DNA from: Gammaproteobacteria bacterium
Lineage (GTDB): Bacteria > Pseudomonadota > Gammaproteobacteria > Eutrophobiales > Eutrophobiaceae
DNA length: 64,000 bases
Assembly: GCA_963923955.1 (NCBI GenBank)
Contig: OZ000552.1
Span: 2,182,061-2,246,060, forward strand
Direction of reading: 5' to 3'
Below are positions 32,190-45,546 of this stretch, in pieces. The position numbers and the translations under genes are program-made. The notes beneath the pieces were generated by a model. It searched no databases, was not told the origin of the DNA, and was given only the letters and a program-made list of their open reading frames with translations. The first letter of the stretch is position 1, and each line of letters starts with the position of its first letter.

Positions 32190-35177
32190 ATGAATCTGCA
32201 AAAGAAAATCGTTGTCTATTATTTTATCTTTGCCTTATCTGGTTTCAGCGGGCTGATATATGAGTCGGTCTGGTCGCACTACCTGAAACTCTTCCTCGGC
32301 CATGCGGCCTATGCACAGGCCCTGGTGCTGGTTATTTTTATGGGCGGGATGGCATTAGGTGCCTGGCTGACCAGCAAGATTATTCACCAGTTCAAAAACC
32401 TGCTTATGGCTTATGCCGTCATCGAAGGCATTATTGGCTTGATGGGGCTGGGCTTTCACAATGTCTATGTGCATATAGCGGAGCTCTCTTACAACAAGAT
32501 CTTTCCCGCGCTCGATTCTCCCGCCCTGGTGCACACATATAAATGGCTGATCGCGGCCATCCTGATCCTGCCGCAATCCTTGTTGTTGGGGACCACCTTT
32601 CCGCTCATGAGCAATGGGGTAATCCGCTTGCTGCCCGATGCCCCCGGGCGGCGTATCGCCATGCTGTATTTCTGCAATAGCATCGGCGCCGCCATAGGCA
32701 TTCTCGTGGCCGGCTTTTACTTAATCAGCAAGACCGGGCTGCCCGGGACGATCTTAGCCGCCGGGCTGTTAAACATACTCATTGCGCTTGCCGTGTATTT
32801 TATTGCCCGACCTGTCGGCACTGCCGGGACAGCGCCGCTGCCAGCCACCGCCAAGGCCACGGCTTTTCTAGCAAAGCGCCTGGCCCTTGTATTCCTCTTT
32901 GCTGCCTTCATCACCGGCGCCGCCTCTTTTATCTATGAAATCGCATGGATAAGGATGCTGTCCATGGTGTTGGGTTCCAGCACCCACGCCTTCGAGTTGA
33001 TGTTGTCCGCCTTTATCACCGGCCTGGCGCTCGGCGGCCTGTATATCCGCAAACATATCGAGCGCTATGAAAACCCGCTGCGGGTGGCCGCCATCGTACA
33101 GATCGCCATGGGCCTGCTGGCGCTGGCAACGGTGCCGCTCTATAACTACTCCTTTGAGGTAATGGCCTTTTTCATGTCGGCCCTGGGGCGTAATGAAGAT
33201 GCCTATATCCTGTTTAATCTGTCCAGCCATTTGATCGCCTTGGCGGTTATGCTGCCGGCCACCTTCTGCGCCGGCATGACCCTGCCCTTATTTACCTTCA
33301 TATTGCTTAAAAAAGATTGTGGCGAGCAGAGCATCGGCTATGTCTATGCCGCCAACACCATCGGCGCCATCATCGGCGTGTTGTTCACATTATTTATCGG
33401 CATGCCGGTATTGGGTTTGAAAGGCGCCATCATGAGCGGCGCCTTTTTGGATATCGCATTGGGGCTTGCCCTGTATCTTATCTATGCACGCGCTATGGGG
33501 CATAGCTATCTGCGCCCGGTAGCGGCGGCATCCATCCTCATCTTCGTTGGCATCGGCGGCTTTGTGCAGATCGACCCGGCAAAGATGGCCTCCGGCGTCT
33601 ATCGCACCGGCGATGCCGGAGCTATCGAGAGAGATGCAGAAATCCTGGCGCACATGGACGGACAGACCGCTTCGATTAGTGTGATTAAGTGGGACGCTGG
33701 CGCAGGCATTACTATCAGCACCAACGGCAAACCGGACGCCGCGATAGCAGTGGATGAAGGAGAGGAGCCGACCGAGGATGAGTCCACCATGATCTTATCA
33801 AGCGCCTTGCCTTTGGCCATCCATCATAAGCCGGAGCGCATCGCCAACATCGGCTTTGGTTCCGGCATGTCAACGCACACCCTGTTGTTATCTGAACAGG
33901 TCAAGCAGGTTGATTCGATTGAAATAGAGACAAAGATGATCGAGGGTGCGAAGTTTTTTCAGGCCAAAAATCACAAGGCATATTCCGACCCGCGCAGCAG
34001 AATTTATATTGAAGATGCCAAGACCTTTTTAAGCACCCACAACAAACACTACGACATCATTATCTCCGAGCCGTCCAACCCCTGGGTAAGCGGGATTGCC
34101 AGCCTGTTCACGATCGAATTTTATAATGAAGTCAAACAGCACATTAACGCAGGCGGACTCTTTGTGCAGTGGTTGCATGCTTATGAAAGCAATATTCATC
34201 TCATTGCATCCATTCTAAAGGCCATCTCCGCCAGCTTTGCCGATTACCAGATCTATGCAGCCAACGATGTGGATCTGCTGATCATTGCCAGCCCTGATGG
34301 CCGGATAAACCTGCCGGGCGGTGAATTATTCAACAACGCGGCGCTTGCAGCTCAACTTAAGACTATCGGTGTGAATAATATTCATGATCTTGCTATCCGG
34401 TTTTTGGGCAACAAGTCCCTTCTCGATCCCCATCTGCATAGCAACGCTGTCAGTGTTAATTCCGACTTTTTTCCTGTCGTCGATCAGCAGGCCGCGCGGG
34501 CCAGGTTTATTTCGAGTATCTCGCGCGAACTGCAAGCAGTGAGTTATTTCCCGGTTCCAATTCTGCAAATACTGATCCCGGAACTTGGTGATTATAAACT
34601 TGACGATGCAACACAGTCAGATGTGCTATGGGCCAGCAATTTTGCCGATGATGCCCAGCGGATTTATTATTTCCTGACAAACAAGCAAGGCGCGGATGCC
34701 ACTGTGTCTGATTTGCTCAGCATCAATCTGCTGAAACAATTCGCTGCGCAATGTAGTGCCGATATAAACGAGAGGATGTGGGTGGACGCCATGCTCGAAC
34801 TCCACATCAAAACAGTCGCATTTTTGCATCCCGAGCGCTTGCAAGAAATCAGCGCGGCAATAGCGCCCGAATGTGAAGCGCCGCTATCGGATACACAGTC
34901 AAAGCTGCTCGGTCTATACTCGGCCTTTGGTGAAAACAATCCAGCTGCGCTGGTGAAATACAGTCGTTATCTGCTGGATAAAAATATTGCCCAAGACCGT
35001 ACACAGCGTGAATTTTTGTTCTCTACACTGCTGCTTGGATTGATAGCTACGCATGACTACCAGGACGCCATGTTGTTGTGGGATGATTTAACTGGCAAAC
35101 TCTACCAGTACGCCGAAGACATCCCCTTCCCGCTACAAGTCATGCGCAGCTTTGCCCTTGAGAAGATGAATGAATGA
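32190..35177 (+). CDS. fused MFS-like membrane domain/spermidine synthase-family protein with long C-terminal extension
   Basis: MNLQKKIVVYYFIFALSGFSGLIYESVWSHYL... N-terminal multi-TM region. Central aminopropyltransferase-like core (IANIGFGSGMS...YDIIISEPSNPW). About 300 aa of unassigned C-terminus. ORF-track start 31974 is an extension over sucD. Confidence 0.8.
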   Translation: MNLQKKIVVYYFIFALSGFSGLIYESVWSHYLKLFLGHAAYAQALVLVIFMGGMALGAWLTSKIIHQFKNLLMAYAVIEGIIGLMGLGFHNVYVHIAELSYNKIFPALDSPALVHTYKWLIAAILILPQSLLLGTTFPLMSNGVIRLLPDAPGRRIAMLYFCNSIGAAIGILVAGFYLISKTGLPGTILAAGLLNILIALAVYFIARPVGTAGTAPLPATAKATAFLAKRLALVFLFAAFITGAASFIYEIAWIRMLSMVLGSSTHAFELMLSAFITGLALGGLYIRKHIERYENPLRVAAIVQIAMGLLALATVPLYNYSFEVMAFFMSALGRNEDAYILFNLSSHLIALAVMLPATFCAGMTLPLFTFILLKKDCGEQSIGYVYAANTIGAIIGVLFTLFIGMPVLGLKGAIMSGAFLDIALGLALYLIYARAMGHSYLRPVAAASILIFVGIGGFVQIDPAKMASGVYRTGDAGAIERDAEILAHMDGQTASISVIKWDAGAGITISTNGKPDAAIAVDEGEEPTEDESTMILSSALPLAIHHKPERIANIGFGSGMSTHTLLLSEQVKQVDSIEIETKMIEGAKFFQAKNHKAYSDPRSRIYIEDAKTFLSTHNKHYDIIISEPSNPWVSGIASLFTIEFYNEVKQHINAGGLFVQWLHAYESNIHLIASILKAISASFADYQIYAANDVDLLIIASPDGRINLPGGELFNNAALAAQLKTIGVNNIHDLAIRFLGNKSLLDPHLHSNAVSVNSDFFPVVDQQAARARFISSISRELQAVSYFPVPILQILIPELGDYKLDDATQSDVLWASNFADDAQRIYYFLTNKQGADATVSDLLSINLLKQFAAQCSADINERMWVDAMLELHIKTVAFLHPERLQEISAAIAPECEAPLSDTQSKLLGLYSAFGENNPAALVKYSRYLLDKNIAQDRTQREFLFSTLLLGLIATHDYQDAMLLWDDLTGKLYQYAEDIPFPLQVMRSFALEKMNE

Positions 35178-36808
35178 AAACCACACACATCATATTAGCG
35201 CAGAGAAACTTAAGCGTAGGGAATATCACAGAAAACAAGGCGCGCATTATTGAAGATGCCTTAGATGCCTGTGATGGAAAAAAGGCCGATCTGATTATCT
35301 TTCCCGAACTGGCGCTCACCGCCTACCCGCCGGAGGATTTGCTATTGCGGGCGAATCTCTACGAGCAGATACAGGGTGCGCTCCGGGAAATCCTGCCCCT
35401 CAGCGAGAACATAGACATGATCATCGGCCACCCGGAACAGCAAGGCGGCAGGCTTTATAATGCTTGCAGCTATCTGCGCGGCGGGAAGATCCAGGCGACC
35501 TATCACAAGCAAAATCTGCCGAACTATGCGGTGTTTGATGAAAAGCGCTATTTCACTGCTGGGGCGGCAAACTGCCTGATCCAGCTGGCAGACATCCCCA
35601 CTGCGATCACTATCTGCGAGGATCTATGGGAGGCGGCACCGGCAAGGCAGGCGGCGGCACAAGGCGCTGAATTGCTGATCAACATCAACGCCTCGCCCTA
35701 TCGCATCGGCAAGACGGCCGAGCGGCAGGAACTGCTGAAGGCGCGCGCCGCAGAGACCGGGCTGGCGATTATCTATCTCAACCTGGTCGGCGGCCAAGAT
35801 GAGCTGGTCTTTGACGGCGATTCCATGGCCATTGATAACGAAGGGCATCTGGCATTTCATGCGCCGCAATTTCAGGAGGGACTCTATCTGCTTGCGCTCT
35901 CCAGGAAGGACGGAAAGATCGCGATTCGATCGGAACATCCCGCCCCTGAAGTATTGAGCACGGAGGCCAGCATCTACCAGGCGCTGGTCTTAGGTGTGCG
36001 CGATTATGTTAATAAAAACGGCTTCATGGGCGCGGTCATCGGTCTGTCCGGCGGGATCGATTCGGCGCTGACCCTGGCTGTTGCGGTGGATGCGCTCGGT
36101 GCGGAAAATGTGGAAGTGGTGCTGATGCCCTCGCCTTATACCTCTGCTATGAGTAATGAGGATGCACGGGCGATGGCGGATAAGCTTGATGTTGCCTGTC
36201 ACCTGATAGCGATTGATAAGCCCTTTGCGGCCTTTAGCGAGATCCTGGCCCCGGTCTTTGCCGGGCTGCCGGCGGATACGACTGAAGAGAATATCCAGGC
36301 GCGCTGTCGCGGCGTCATCATGATGGCCATCTCCAACAAACGCGGCAGGCTTGTGCTGACAACCGGCAATAAGAGCGAGATGGCCGTCGGCTATGCAACG
36401 CTTTACGGCGACATGGCCGGCGGCTTTGCGCCCTTGAAGGATGTCTCCAAGAGCCGCGTCTTTCAGCTGGCCGAATGGCGTAATTCCCGCGGCGATGGCG
36501 AGATCATCCCGCAACGGATCATCAAGCGCCCGCCCAGTGCCGAGTTACGGCCGGCGCAAAAAGACGAAGACAGCTTGCCGCCGTATTCCATCCTTGACCC
36601 CATCCTTGAGCGCTATATCGAGCAGGATCAAAGCCCGACGCAGATCATTGCGGCCGGTTTCGAGAGAGACACAGTGCTGGAAGTCGTGCGGCTGGTGGAC
36701 AGAAACGAATACAAACGCCGCCAGGCCGCACCGGGGGTACGCATCACCGCCCGCGCCTTCGGCCGCGACCGGCGCTATCCGATTGCCTCCGGCTATAAGG
36801 AAAACTAA
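35174..36808 (+). CDS. nadE: glutamine-dependent NAD+ synthetase
   Basis: N-terminal nitrilase (CN-hydrolase) domain plus C-terminal NAD synthetase with SGGIDS PP-loop. Confidence 0.9.
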   Translation: MKTTHIILAQRNLSVGNITENKARIIEDALDACDGKKADLIIFPELALTAYPPEDLLLRANLYEQIQGALREILPLSENIDMIIGHPEQQGGRLYNACSYLRGGKIQATYHKQNLPNYAVFDEKRYFTAGAANCLIQLADIPTAITICEDLWEAAPARQAAAQGAELLININASPYRIGKTAERQELLKARAAETGLAIIYLNLVGGQDELVFDGDSMAIDNEGHLAFHAPQFQEGLYLLALSRKDGKIAIRSEHPAPEVLSTEASIYQALVLGVRDYVNKNGFMGAVIGLSGGIDSALTLAVAVDALGAENVEVVLMPSPYTSAMSNEDARAMADKLDVACHLIAIDKPFAAFSEILAPVFAGLPADTTEENIQARCRGVIMMAISNKRGRLVLTTGNKSEMAVGYATLYGDMAGGFAPLKDVSKSRVFQLAEWRNSRGDGEIIPQRIIKRPPSAELRPAQKDEDSLPPYSILDPILERYIEQDQSPTQIIAAGFERDTVLEVVRLVDRNEYKRRQAAPGVRITARAFGRDRRYPIASGYKEN

Positions 36809-36812
36809 GCGC

Positions 36813-37586
36813 CTACCTGACCACCACTTCCCGGACTGCATTCAAACCCGGATGGTTGGGATAGTTCAATTCCAGTACCCGCAGGGCATCGGTGGACAGC
36901 TCATCCAGTTCCAGGATCTTGTACGCCTTGGCCAGCAGGGCAAGCGCATCGGGCACTGCGGGGGTGCGGCTGTAATTTTCCACCACATAACGGGCGCGGT
37001 TGGCCGCGGCCACATAGGCGCCGCGGCGCATGTAATAATTCGCCACATGCACCTCATGCGCGGCCAGCAGGTTACGCAGATAGACCATGCGCTTTTGGGC
37101 GTCTTCCACGTATCTGCTCTCCGGGTAGCGCCGGAGCAGGTCGGAAAAATCCTGGAAGGCGAGCGCGGCGGAATTGGGGTCGCGCTGCGAGAGATCAATC
37201 GGCAGGAAGCGCTCGGTGATGCCTTTTCCCCGATTAAAATTCACCAGCCCGCGCAGATAATAGGCATAATCCACATGCGGGTTTTGCGGATACAGGCGGA
37301 TAAAACGATCGGCGGCGGATAGGGAGGCATCATAATCCTCGGTCTTGAAATAGACGTAGGCCAGATCCAGCAGGGACTGTTGTCCATAGACACCGAAGGG
37401 AAAGCGCGTCTCAAGAAATTCATAATACTCAACGGCCTTGCTGTAATAGCCTGATTTCAAGGCGGTCTTCGCCTCGGTATATAGACGCTCGACCGTCCAG
37501 TTCTTTGCCGGGTTGTCCTCTTTGTCGTCCAGCAGGGCGCAGCCGCTGAGCACCAGCAGCAGTAAAAGCAAGAGAGAGCGCATCAT
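36813..37586 (-). CDS. bamD: outer membrane protein assembly factor BamD
   Basis: Lipoprotein signal LLLVLSGCA and TPR repeats. Divergent from rluD, the conserved arrangement. Confidence 0.85.
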   Translation of the reverse strand: MMRSLLLLLLLVLSGCALLDDKEDNPAKNWTVERLYTEAKTALKSGYYSKAVEYYEFLETRFPFGVYGQQSLLDLAYVYFKTEDYDASLSAADRFIRLYPQNPHVDYAYYLRGLVNFNRGKGITERFLPIDLSQRDPNSAALAFQDFSDLLRRYPESRYVEDAQKRMVYLRNLLAAHEVHVANYYMRRGAYVAAANRARYVVENYSRTPAVPDALALLAKAYKILELDELSTDALRVLELNYPNHPGLNAVREVVVR

Positions 37587-37659
37587 GTCCAGTTCCGTGT
37601 TTAGCGTTAAGAGACTGTGCTATTGTGCACGAATACCATGTACATTGACAGCCGCTGTG

Positions 37660-38622
37660 ATGACAGTTGAGAAATTGACCTTGACGGTGCCGCCGGAGCT
37701 GGCGGGCGGGCGCCTGGATCAGGCCCTGGCGCGGCTTTGTCCGCAGCACTCGCGCGCACGCCTGCAGGGCTGGATCCGCAATGAATCCGTTACGGTCAAT
37801 GGCAAGCGCCTGCGCCAGCGCGCCAGCCTCTTGGGCGGGGAGACCATCGAGATTGTCGCCGCATACAAAGAAGCCGAGCAAAGCTGGGAGCAGGAGAATA
37901 TTCCCCTCGATGTCGTGTTCGAGGATGAACATATTCTTGTCCTGAACAAGCCCGCCGGGCTCATCGTCCACCCCGGCGCCGGCAATCCGCAGCATACCTT
38001 GCTGAACGCCCTGCTCTATCATCACCCGCCGCTGCGGCAACTGCCGCGCGCCGGCATTGTTCAACGCCTGGATAAGGATACCTCCGGGCTCATGGTGGTC
38101 AGCAAGAGCGCGCCGGCGCATACCTGGCTGGTGGCGCAACTGCAAAGGCGTCTCGTCAGGCGGGAATACCAGGCGATTGTTACCGGCGTCATGACTGCGG
38201 GCGGCAGCGTGGATGCACCGATAGGGCGGCACCATAGCAAGCGCACGCGCATGGCGATCCGGGCATCGGGCCGACCGGCCACCACGCACTATCGCATCAT
38301 AAAAAAATATGCCGGGCACACCCATCTGCTGCTGCGTCTGGAATCCGGCCGTACGCATCAGATCCGTGTGCACATGGCGCATATCAGGTACCCGGTTCTG
38401 GGTGATCCCGTCTATGGCGGCCGCAGGCGGCTGCCGAAAAATACACCTGCGCCGCTGCGCCGATTGATACAGGGCTTTGCGCGCCAGGCCCTGCATGCCT
38501 GCTCGCTGGGGCTGGTGCATCCTGAGACGAAACAGGAAGTAGCCTGGGATAGCGCTCTGCCTGAGGATATGCAGACCCTGCTGGATGCGCTTGAACATGA
38601 ACAACAACCGGGGAACGGCTAG
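37660..38622 (+). CDS. rluD: 23S rRNA pseudouridine(1911/1915/1917) synthase RluD
   Basis: S4 domain followed by the RluA-family catalytic core (HRLDKDTSGLMVV, HQIRVHMA). Confidence 0.9.
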   Translation: MTVEKLTLTVPPELAGGRLDQALARLCPQHSRARLQGWIRNESVTVNGKRLRQRASLLGGETIEIVAAYKEAEQSWEQENIPLDVVFEDEHILVLNKPAGLIVHPGAGNPQHTLLNALLYHHPPLRQLPRAGIVQRLDKDTSGLMVVSKSAPAHTWLVAQLQRRLVRREYQAIVTGVMTAGGSVDAPIGRHHSKRTRMAIRASGRPATTHYRIIKKYAGHTHLLLRLESGRTHQIRVHMAHIRYPVLGDPVYGGRRRLPKNTPAPLRRLIQGFARQALHACSLGLVHPETKQEVAWDSALPEDMQTLLDALEHEQQPGNG

Positions 38623-39367
38623 TCCTCATCCCTGCTGGCTGGCTGCGGATTGGCCGGCGCCGCCCCATATCAAGGCCGGCACCACGACAAGACAAGCCGG
38701 GATCAGCGCCCGGCCCTATGATTGTTTTAACCTGGCCGCCCATGTCGGCGATGCGCCCCGGGCGGTCTTGCATAACAGGGCCTTGCTCAAAGAACTGCTG
38801 GCCCTGCCGGATGAACCCGTCTGGCTGCGGCAGACTCACGGCAATCGTGTCGCCAAGCTAACGGGGGCTTCCCAAGACATCCATGCAGATGGCGCGTATA
38901 CGGATAAGCCGAGTATAATCTGCGCCGTGCTAACCGCCGATTGCATCCCCCTGCTGCTGTGCAACCGGAGCGGCACGGAAATCGCCGCCATTCATGTGGG
39001 CTGGCGCGGCTTCGGCGCAGGTATCCTGGCCGCGGCACTGGCGCGGTTTCATTGCGCAGCGGGAGAATTGCTCGCCTGGACAGGGCCGCATATCTCAAAA
39101 GAGCATTATGAAGTTGGCGAGGAGGTAAGGCAGGCATGTCTGGCGATTAACAATCAGACAAAGGCCGCCTTCTCATGCAAGGGTAGCGGCCGCTGGCTTG
39201 CTGATCTGGCGCTGCTGCTTCGTATCGGCCTGGAAGAAGGCGGGGTGAAAAGGATATATAGCAGCGGGCGCTGTACCTACCGCGATGAAGAAAGCCTGTT
39301 TTCCTATAGACGGGATAAGGCAACAGGCAGGATGGCAAGCCTGATCTGGATGGATACTTGGAACTAA
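38585..39367 (+). CDS. pgeF: peptidoglycan editing factor PgeF (YfiH/LACC1 family)
   Basis: ...DWPAPPHIKAGTTTRQAGISARPYDCFNLAAHVGD... typical YfiH N-terminus. Conserved rluD-yfiH linkage. The start may be a few codons later. Confidence 0.8.
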   Translation: MRLNMNNNRGTASPHPCWLAADWPAPPHIKAGTTTRQAGISARPYDCFNLAAHVGDAPRAVLHNRALLKELLALPDEPVWLRQTHGNRVAKLTGASQDIHADGAYTDKPSIICAVLTADCIPLLLCNRSGTEIAAIHVGWRGFGAGILAAALARFHCAAGELLAWTGPHISKEHYEVGEEVRQACLAINNQTKAAFSCKGSGRWLADLALLLRIGLEEGGVKRIYSSGRCTYRDEESLFSYRRDKATGRMASLIWMDTWN

Positions 39368-39411
39368 CTGGGCTATTCTTAACATTCAAGATAGAAACAA
39401 ACCGGGGCGGC

Positions 39412-40842
39412 ATGATGACAAAAGAGAAGAGGAAACCGGCGCTGTCGTTTAGTGAAAGCGTCAACCAGATGGTGGATCGGGCCCTGGCCGTGGTGGATAT
39501 GGACCCGGGCATCGCCACGGCGATCAAGGCCTGTGAGACGATCCTGGAGGTAAATTTCAGCGTCAGCATTCGCAATAAGATCGAGACCTTTACCGGCTGG
39601 CGGGCAACGCACAGCACCCACCGCCTGCCTGCCAAAGGCGGGATACGATTCGCCACCATCGTCGATCAGGATGAAGTAGAAGCCCTGGCCGCCCTGATGA
39701 CCTACAAATGCGCCATCGTCGATGTGCCTTACGGCGGCTCGAAAGGCGGCCTGCTCATCGACCCATCCAAATACAGCCGCGATGAGATGCAGTTGATTAC
39801 CCGAAAATTCGCCCGGGAATTGACCCGCAAGGGTTTCCTAAGCCCCTCCACCAACGTCCCGGCGCCCGACATGGGCACCGGCGAGCGGGAGATGGCGTGG
39901 ATAGCCGACACTTACAAAAACCTGCACCCGGAAAACCTGAATTATACTGCCTGCGTTACCGGCAAACCGGTGGCCCACGGCGGCATTCGCGGGCGCGTTG
40001 AGGCCACCGGCCGCGGCGTGGTCTATGCCATGCGGGAATTTTTTCGTAATGCCGAGGATGTCAAGGCCGCCGGCTTGGAAGGCGGTCTCGGCGGCAAGCG
40101 CATCATTGTCCAGGGCCTGGGCAATGTCGGCTATCACGCGGCCAAATTGTTAGAAGAAGAAGACGAGGCAAAGATCATCGCTGTCATTGAACGCGACGGC
40201 GCGCTCATTGATGAGAATGGGCTGTCCGTCCAGAGAGTGTATGAACAAATTCATACGGAGAATACCATCAAGGGCTTTGCCGAGGCCGGTTTCACAGAAG
40301 ATGGCGGGAAGGTGCTGGGGATGGAGTGCGATATTCTCATCCCGGCGGCCTTAGAAGCGCAGATCACTGTCGATAATGCCGCGCAGATCAACGCCCGACT
40401 CATTGTTGAAGCGGCCAACGGCCCGGTCACCTTTGAGGCCGATGAGATCTTGCGCAACAGGGGCGTTACCATCCTGCCGGACGCCTATGTCAATGCCGGC
40501 GGCGTTACGGTCTCTTATTTTGAATGGATTAGAAATCTCTCCCACATCCGCTTTGGCAGAATGGAGCGCCGTTTTGATGAGCTGCGCGGCCAACACCTGA
40601 TCGGCGCGATGGAATCATTGACCCAGAGTGAAGTGCCGCAGTGGCGGCGCAATGAAATTATACGCGGCGCTGATGAATTGGACCTGGTGCGCTCGGGCTT
40701 AGATGACACCATGCGCATGGCCTATCAGGAATTAAGCGAGACCCTGAAAAGCCATGACAAGGTACAGGACTATAGAACCGCCGCCTATGTTGTTGCGATA
40801 AACAAGATCTCGCGTTCGTATTTTGACATCGGCGTGTACTAG
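39412..40842 (+). CDS. gdh: Glu/Leu/Phe/Val dehydrogenase family protein (glutamate dehydrogenase-like)
   Basis: Catalytic K-region (GGSKGG) and Rossmann GLGNVG motif, about 477 aa. Confidence 0.85.
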   Translation: MMTKEKRKPALSFSESVNQMVDRALAVVDMDPGIATAIKACETILEVNFSVSIRNKIETFTGWRATHSTHRLPAKGGIRFATIVDQDEVEALAALMTYKCAIVDVPYGGSKGGLLIDPSKYSRDEMQLITRKFARELTRKGFLSPSTNVPAPDMGTGEREMAWIADTYKNLHPENLNYTACVTGKPVAHGGIRGRVEATGRGVVYAMREFFRNAEDVKAAGLEGGLGGKRIIVQGLGNVGYHAAKLLEEEDEAKIIAVIERDGALIDENGLSVQRVYEQIHTENTIKGFAEAGFTEDGGKVLGMECDILIPAALEAQITVDNAAQINARLIVEAANGPVTFEADEILRNRGVTILPDAYVNAGGVTVSYFEWIRNLSHIRFGRMERRFDELRGQHLIGAMESLTQSEVPQWRRNEIIRGADELDLVRSGLDDTMRMAYQELSETLKSHDKVQDYRTAAYVVAINKISRSYFDIGVY

Positions 40843-40945
40843 CTGGCCGGCATCAAGACGTCGGCCTGTCTCAACGACCACATCAAGCCCTGAAATTTTT
40901 CTTCTACGGTGCAGGATTGTGCCTGCCCAATCTTATCTCTGCCTG

Positions 40946-40974
40946 CTTGAATTATCCCTAAATCAGCCCTATCT
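40946..40974 (+). promoter_or_regulatory. putative sigma32 (RpoH) heat-shock promoter of clpB
   Basis: CTTGAA-N15-CCCTATCT, about 30 nt upstream of the clpB ATG. Confidence 0.4.
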
Positions 40975-41005
40975 ATCGGGCTAATTCAAAGAGCCCACAG
41001 CAAGC

Positions 41006-43591
<2,586 letters not shown>

Positions 43592-43816
43592 ATAGAATCA
43601 ATGGCTTATCTTGCTACCATGCAAGAGATAACTGCTCAAGCCATGAACTACGGAAATTGCGCCGCCGCCTTGAATCACTTCTCTTACGCATCTTTGCCTC
43701 TGATAAGGCCAGTGAAACTTCCATATGGCATAAATTTATATAGGGTGTTGGTAATTTTTGTCGTATAATCTATCATTTAGACTTATAAATTAAGCGATAA
43801 TAAGGTCACTCCAGTA

Positions 43817-45541
43817 ATGGCTGCTTCGGCGAATAAAATCAATCTCAGTGGTCTGGCGAGAAAGCTGGTGCTGGATGGGCATATTGAGGCAGAGGCCGCC
43901 CAGGCGCATTTTCAAAAGGCGCTGAGCAAAAAACAGCCCTTTGTGCCTTATCTGGTCGAGAACAAGGTGGTGCCCAGCAGTGACATCGCCGTGGCCGCCT
44001 CACATGAATTCGGGGTGCCGGTGCTGGACATCAACGCCCTGGAACTCGATATCGATATCGTCAAACTGGTCAAGGAAGACCTGCTGAAAAAACACCACGC
44101 CCTGCCCATCTTCAAGCGCGGCAAACGTCTGTATGTCGCCGTGTCTGATCCGACCAACTTGCAAGCCCTGGACGAGATTAAATTTGCCGTTGGTGCCAAT
44201 ACCGAGGCCATTCTGGTTGAGCAGGACAAGCTCGCCAAGGCGATAGAGAAATGTTTGGAGGAAATGGAAGGCGGCCTGGGGGATATGGATGGCGATGACA
44301 TGGATGATCTGGAAGACCTGGAGGTGGGTGAAGATCCTGCCGGGCAGGCGGAGGAGGCTGATTCTGATCTGGACGATGCCCCGGTGGTGAAATTCGTCAA
44401 TAAGGTGCTATTGGATGCGATCAAGAAAGGTGCTTCCGACCTGCACTTTGAACCTTATGAGAAGGTCTATCGGGTAAGATTCCGCATTGATGGTGTGCTA
44501 ACCGAGGTCGCCAAGCCGCCGATCAGCTTAGCCGGCAAGATCGCCGCCCGTATCAAGGTCATGTCCAGGCTGGATGTGTCCGAGCGGCGCGTACCGCAGG
44601 ATGGCCGCATCAAGCTCAAGCTGTCCAAGACCAAGGCGATTGACTTTCGTGTCAACACCTGCCCGACCCTGTTCGGCGAGAAGGCCTGCCTGCGTATCCT
44701 TGACTCAGACGCCGCCGCCTTGCAGATTGATCAGCTGGGCTATGAAGACGAGCAAAAAGCCCTTTTTCTGGAGAACATCCACAAGCCCTACGGCATGTTC
44801 TTGGTGACCGGCCCGACCGGTAGCGGCAAGACCGTGTCGCTCTACACCGGCATCAATATCCTCAATCAGGTGGACATCAATATCTGTACCGCGGAAGACC
44901 CGGTGGAAATCAACCTGCCCGGCGTGAACCAGGTGCAGGTGGATGAGCGCACCGGCATGGATTTTCCGAAAGCGCTGAAGGCCTTCTTAAGGCAAGACCC
45001 AGACATTATCTTAGTCGGCGAGATCCGTGATCTCAGCACCGCCGGCATCGCGGTCAAGGCCGCACAGACCGGCCACATGGTGATGTCCACCTTGCACACC
45101 AACGATGGCCCGCAGACCTTAACCCGCATCCAGGACATGGGCATCGCCGCCTTCGCGGTGGCGACCAGTATCAACCTCATCACCGCCCAGCGGCTGCTGC
45201 GGCGCCTGCATGGCGAATACCGCAAGCCGCAGGAGATGCCCGAAGATGTCCTCAAGCAGGAGGGCTTTCCGGAAGAGTGGATCAAGGAGGGCATCAAACT
45301 CTTTGAACCCGTAACCGGCAATGAAGATTGCGAAAGCGGCTACAAGGGCCGGGCCGGGATCTATCAGGTCATGCCCATTTCCGATGCCATGAAACGCCTG
45401 ATCATCGAAGGTGCCAACGCTGTGCAGCTGGCCGATCAGGCGGCAGAGGAAGGGATCTGGGACATTCGTAAATCAGGACTGCGCAAGGCCATGCATGGCC
45501 TCACCAGCTTATCTGAAGTCAACCGTGTAACCGTGGAATAA
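43817..45541 (+). CDS. pilB: type IV pilus assembly ATPase PilB
   Basis: GSPII N-domain. Walker A GPTGSGKT and tetracysteine-like region, 574 aa. Confidence 0.95.
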   Translation: MAASANKINLSGLARKLVLDGHIEAEAAQAHFQKALSKKQPFVPYLVENKVVPSSDIAVAASHEFGVPVLDINALELDIDIVKLVKEDLLKKHHALPIFKRGKRLYVAVSDPTNLQALDEIKFAVGANTEAILVEQDKLAKAIEKCLEEMEGGLGDMDGDDMDDLEDLEVGEDPAGQAEEADSDLDDAPVVKFVNKVLLDAIKKGASDLHFEPYEKVYRVRFRIDGVLTEVAKPPISLAGKIAARIKVMSRLDVSERRVPQDGRIKLKLSKTKAIDFRVNTCPTLFGEKACLRILDSDAAALQIDQLGYEDEQKALFLENIHKPYGMFLVTGPTGSGKTVSLYTGINILNQVDINICTAEDPVEINLPGVNQVQVDERTGMDFPKALKAFLRQDPDIILVGEIRDLSTAGIAVKAAQTGHMVMSTLHTNDGPQTLTRIQDMGIAAFAVATSINLITAQRLLRRLHGEYRKPQEMPEDVLKQEGFPEEWIKEGIKLFEPVTGNEDCESGYKGRAGIYQVMPISDAMKRLIIEGANAVQLADQAAEEGIWDIRKSGLRKAMHGLTSLSEVNRVTVE

Positions 45542-45546
45542 TCGCT

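Noticed and set aside
43730-43816. Sigma70-like TATAAT upstream of pilB (ttggta...tataat)
   Set aside because: The spacer between the TTGGTA and TATAAT hexamers is only 10 nt, so it cannot be supported as a functional -35/-10 pair from sequence alone.
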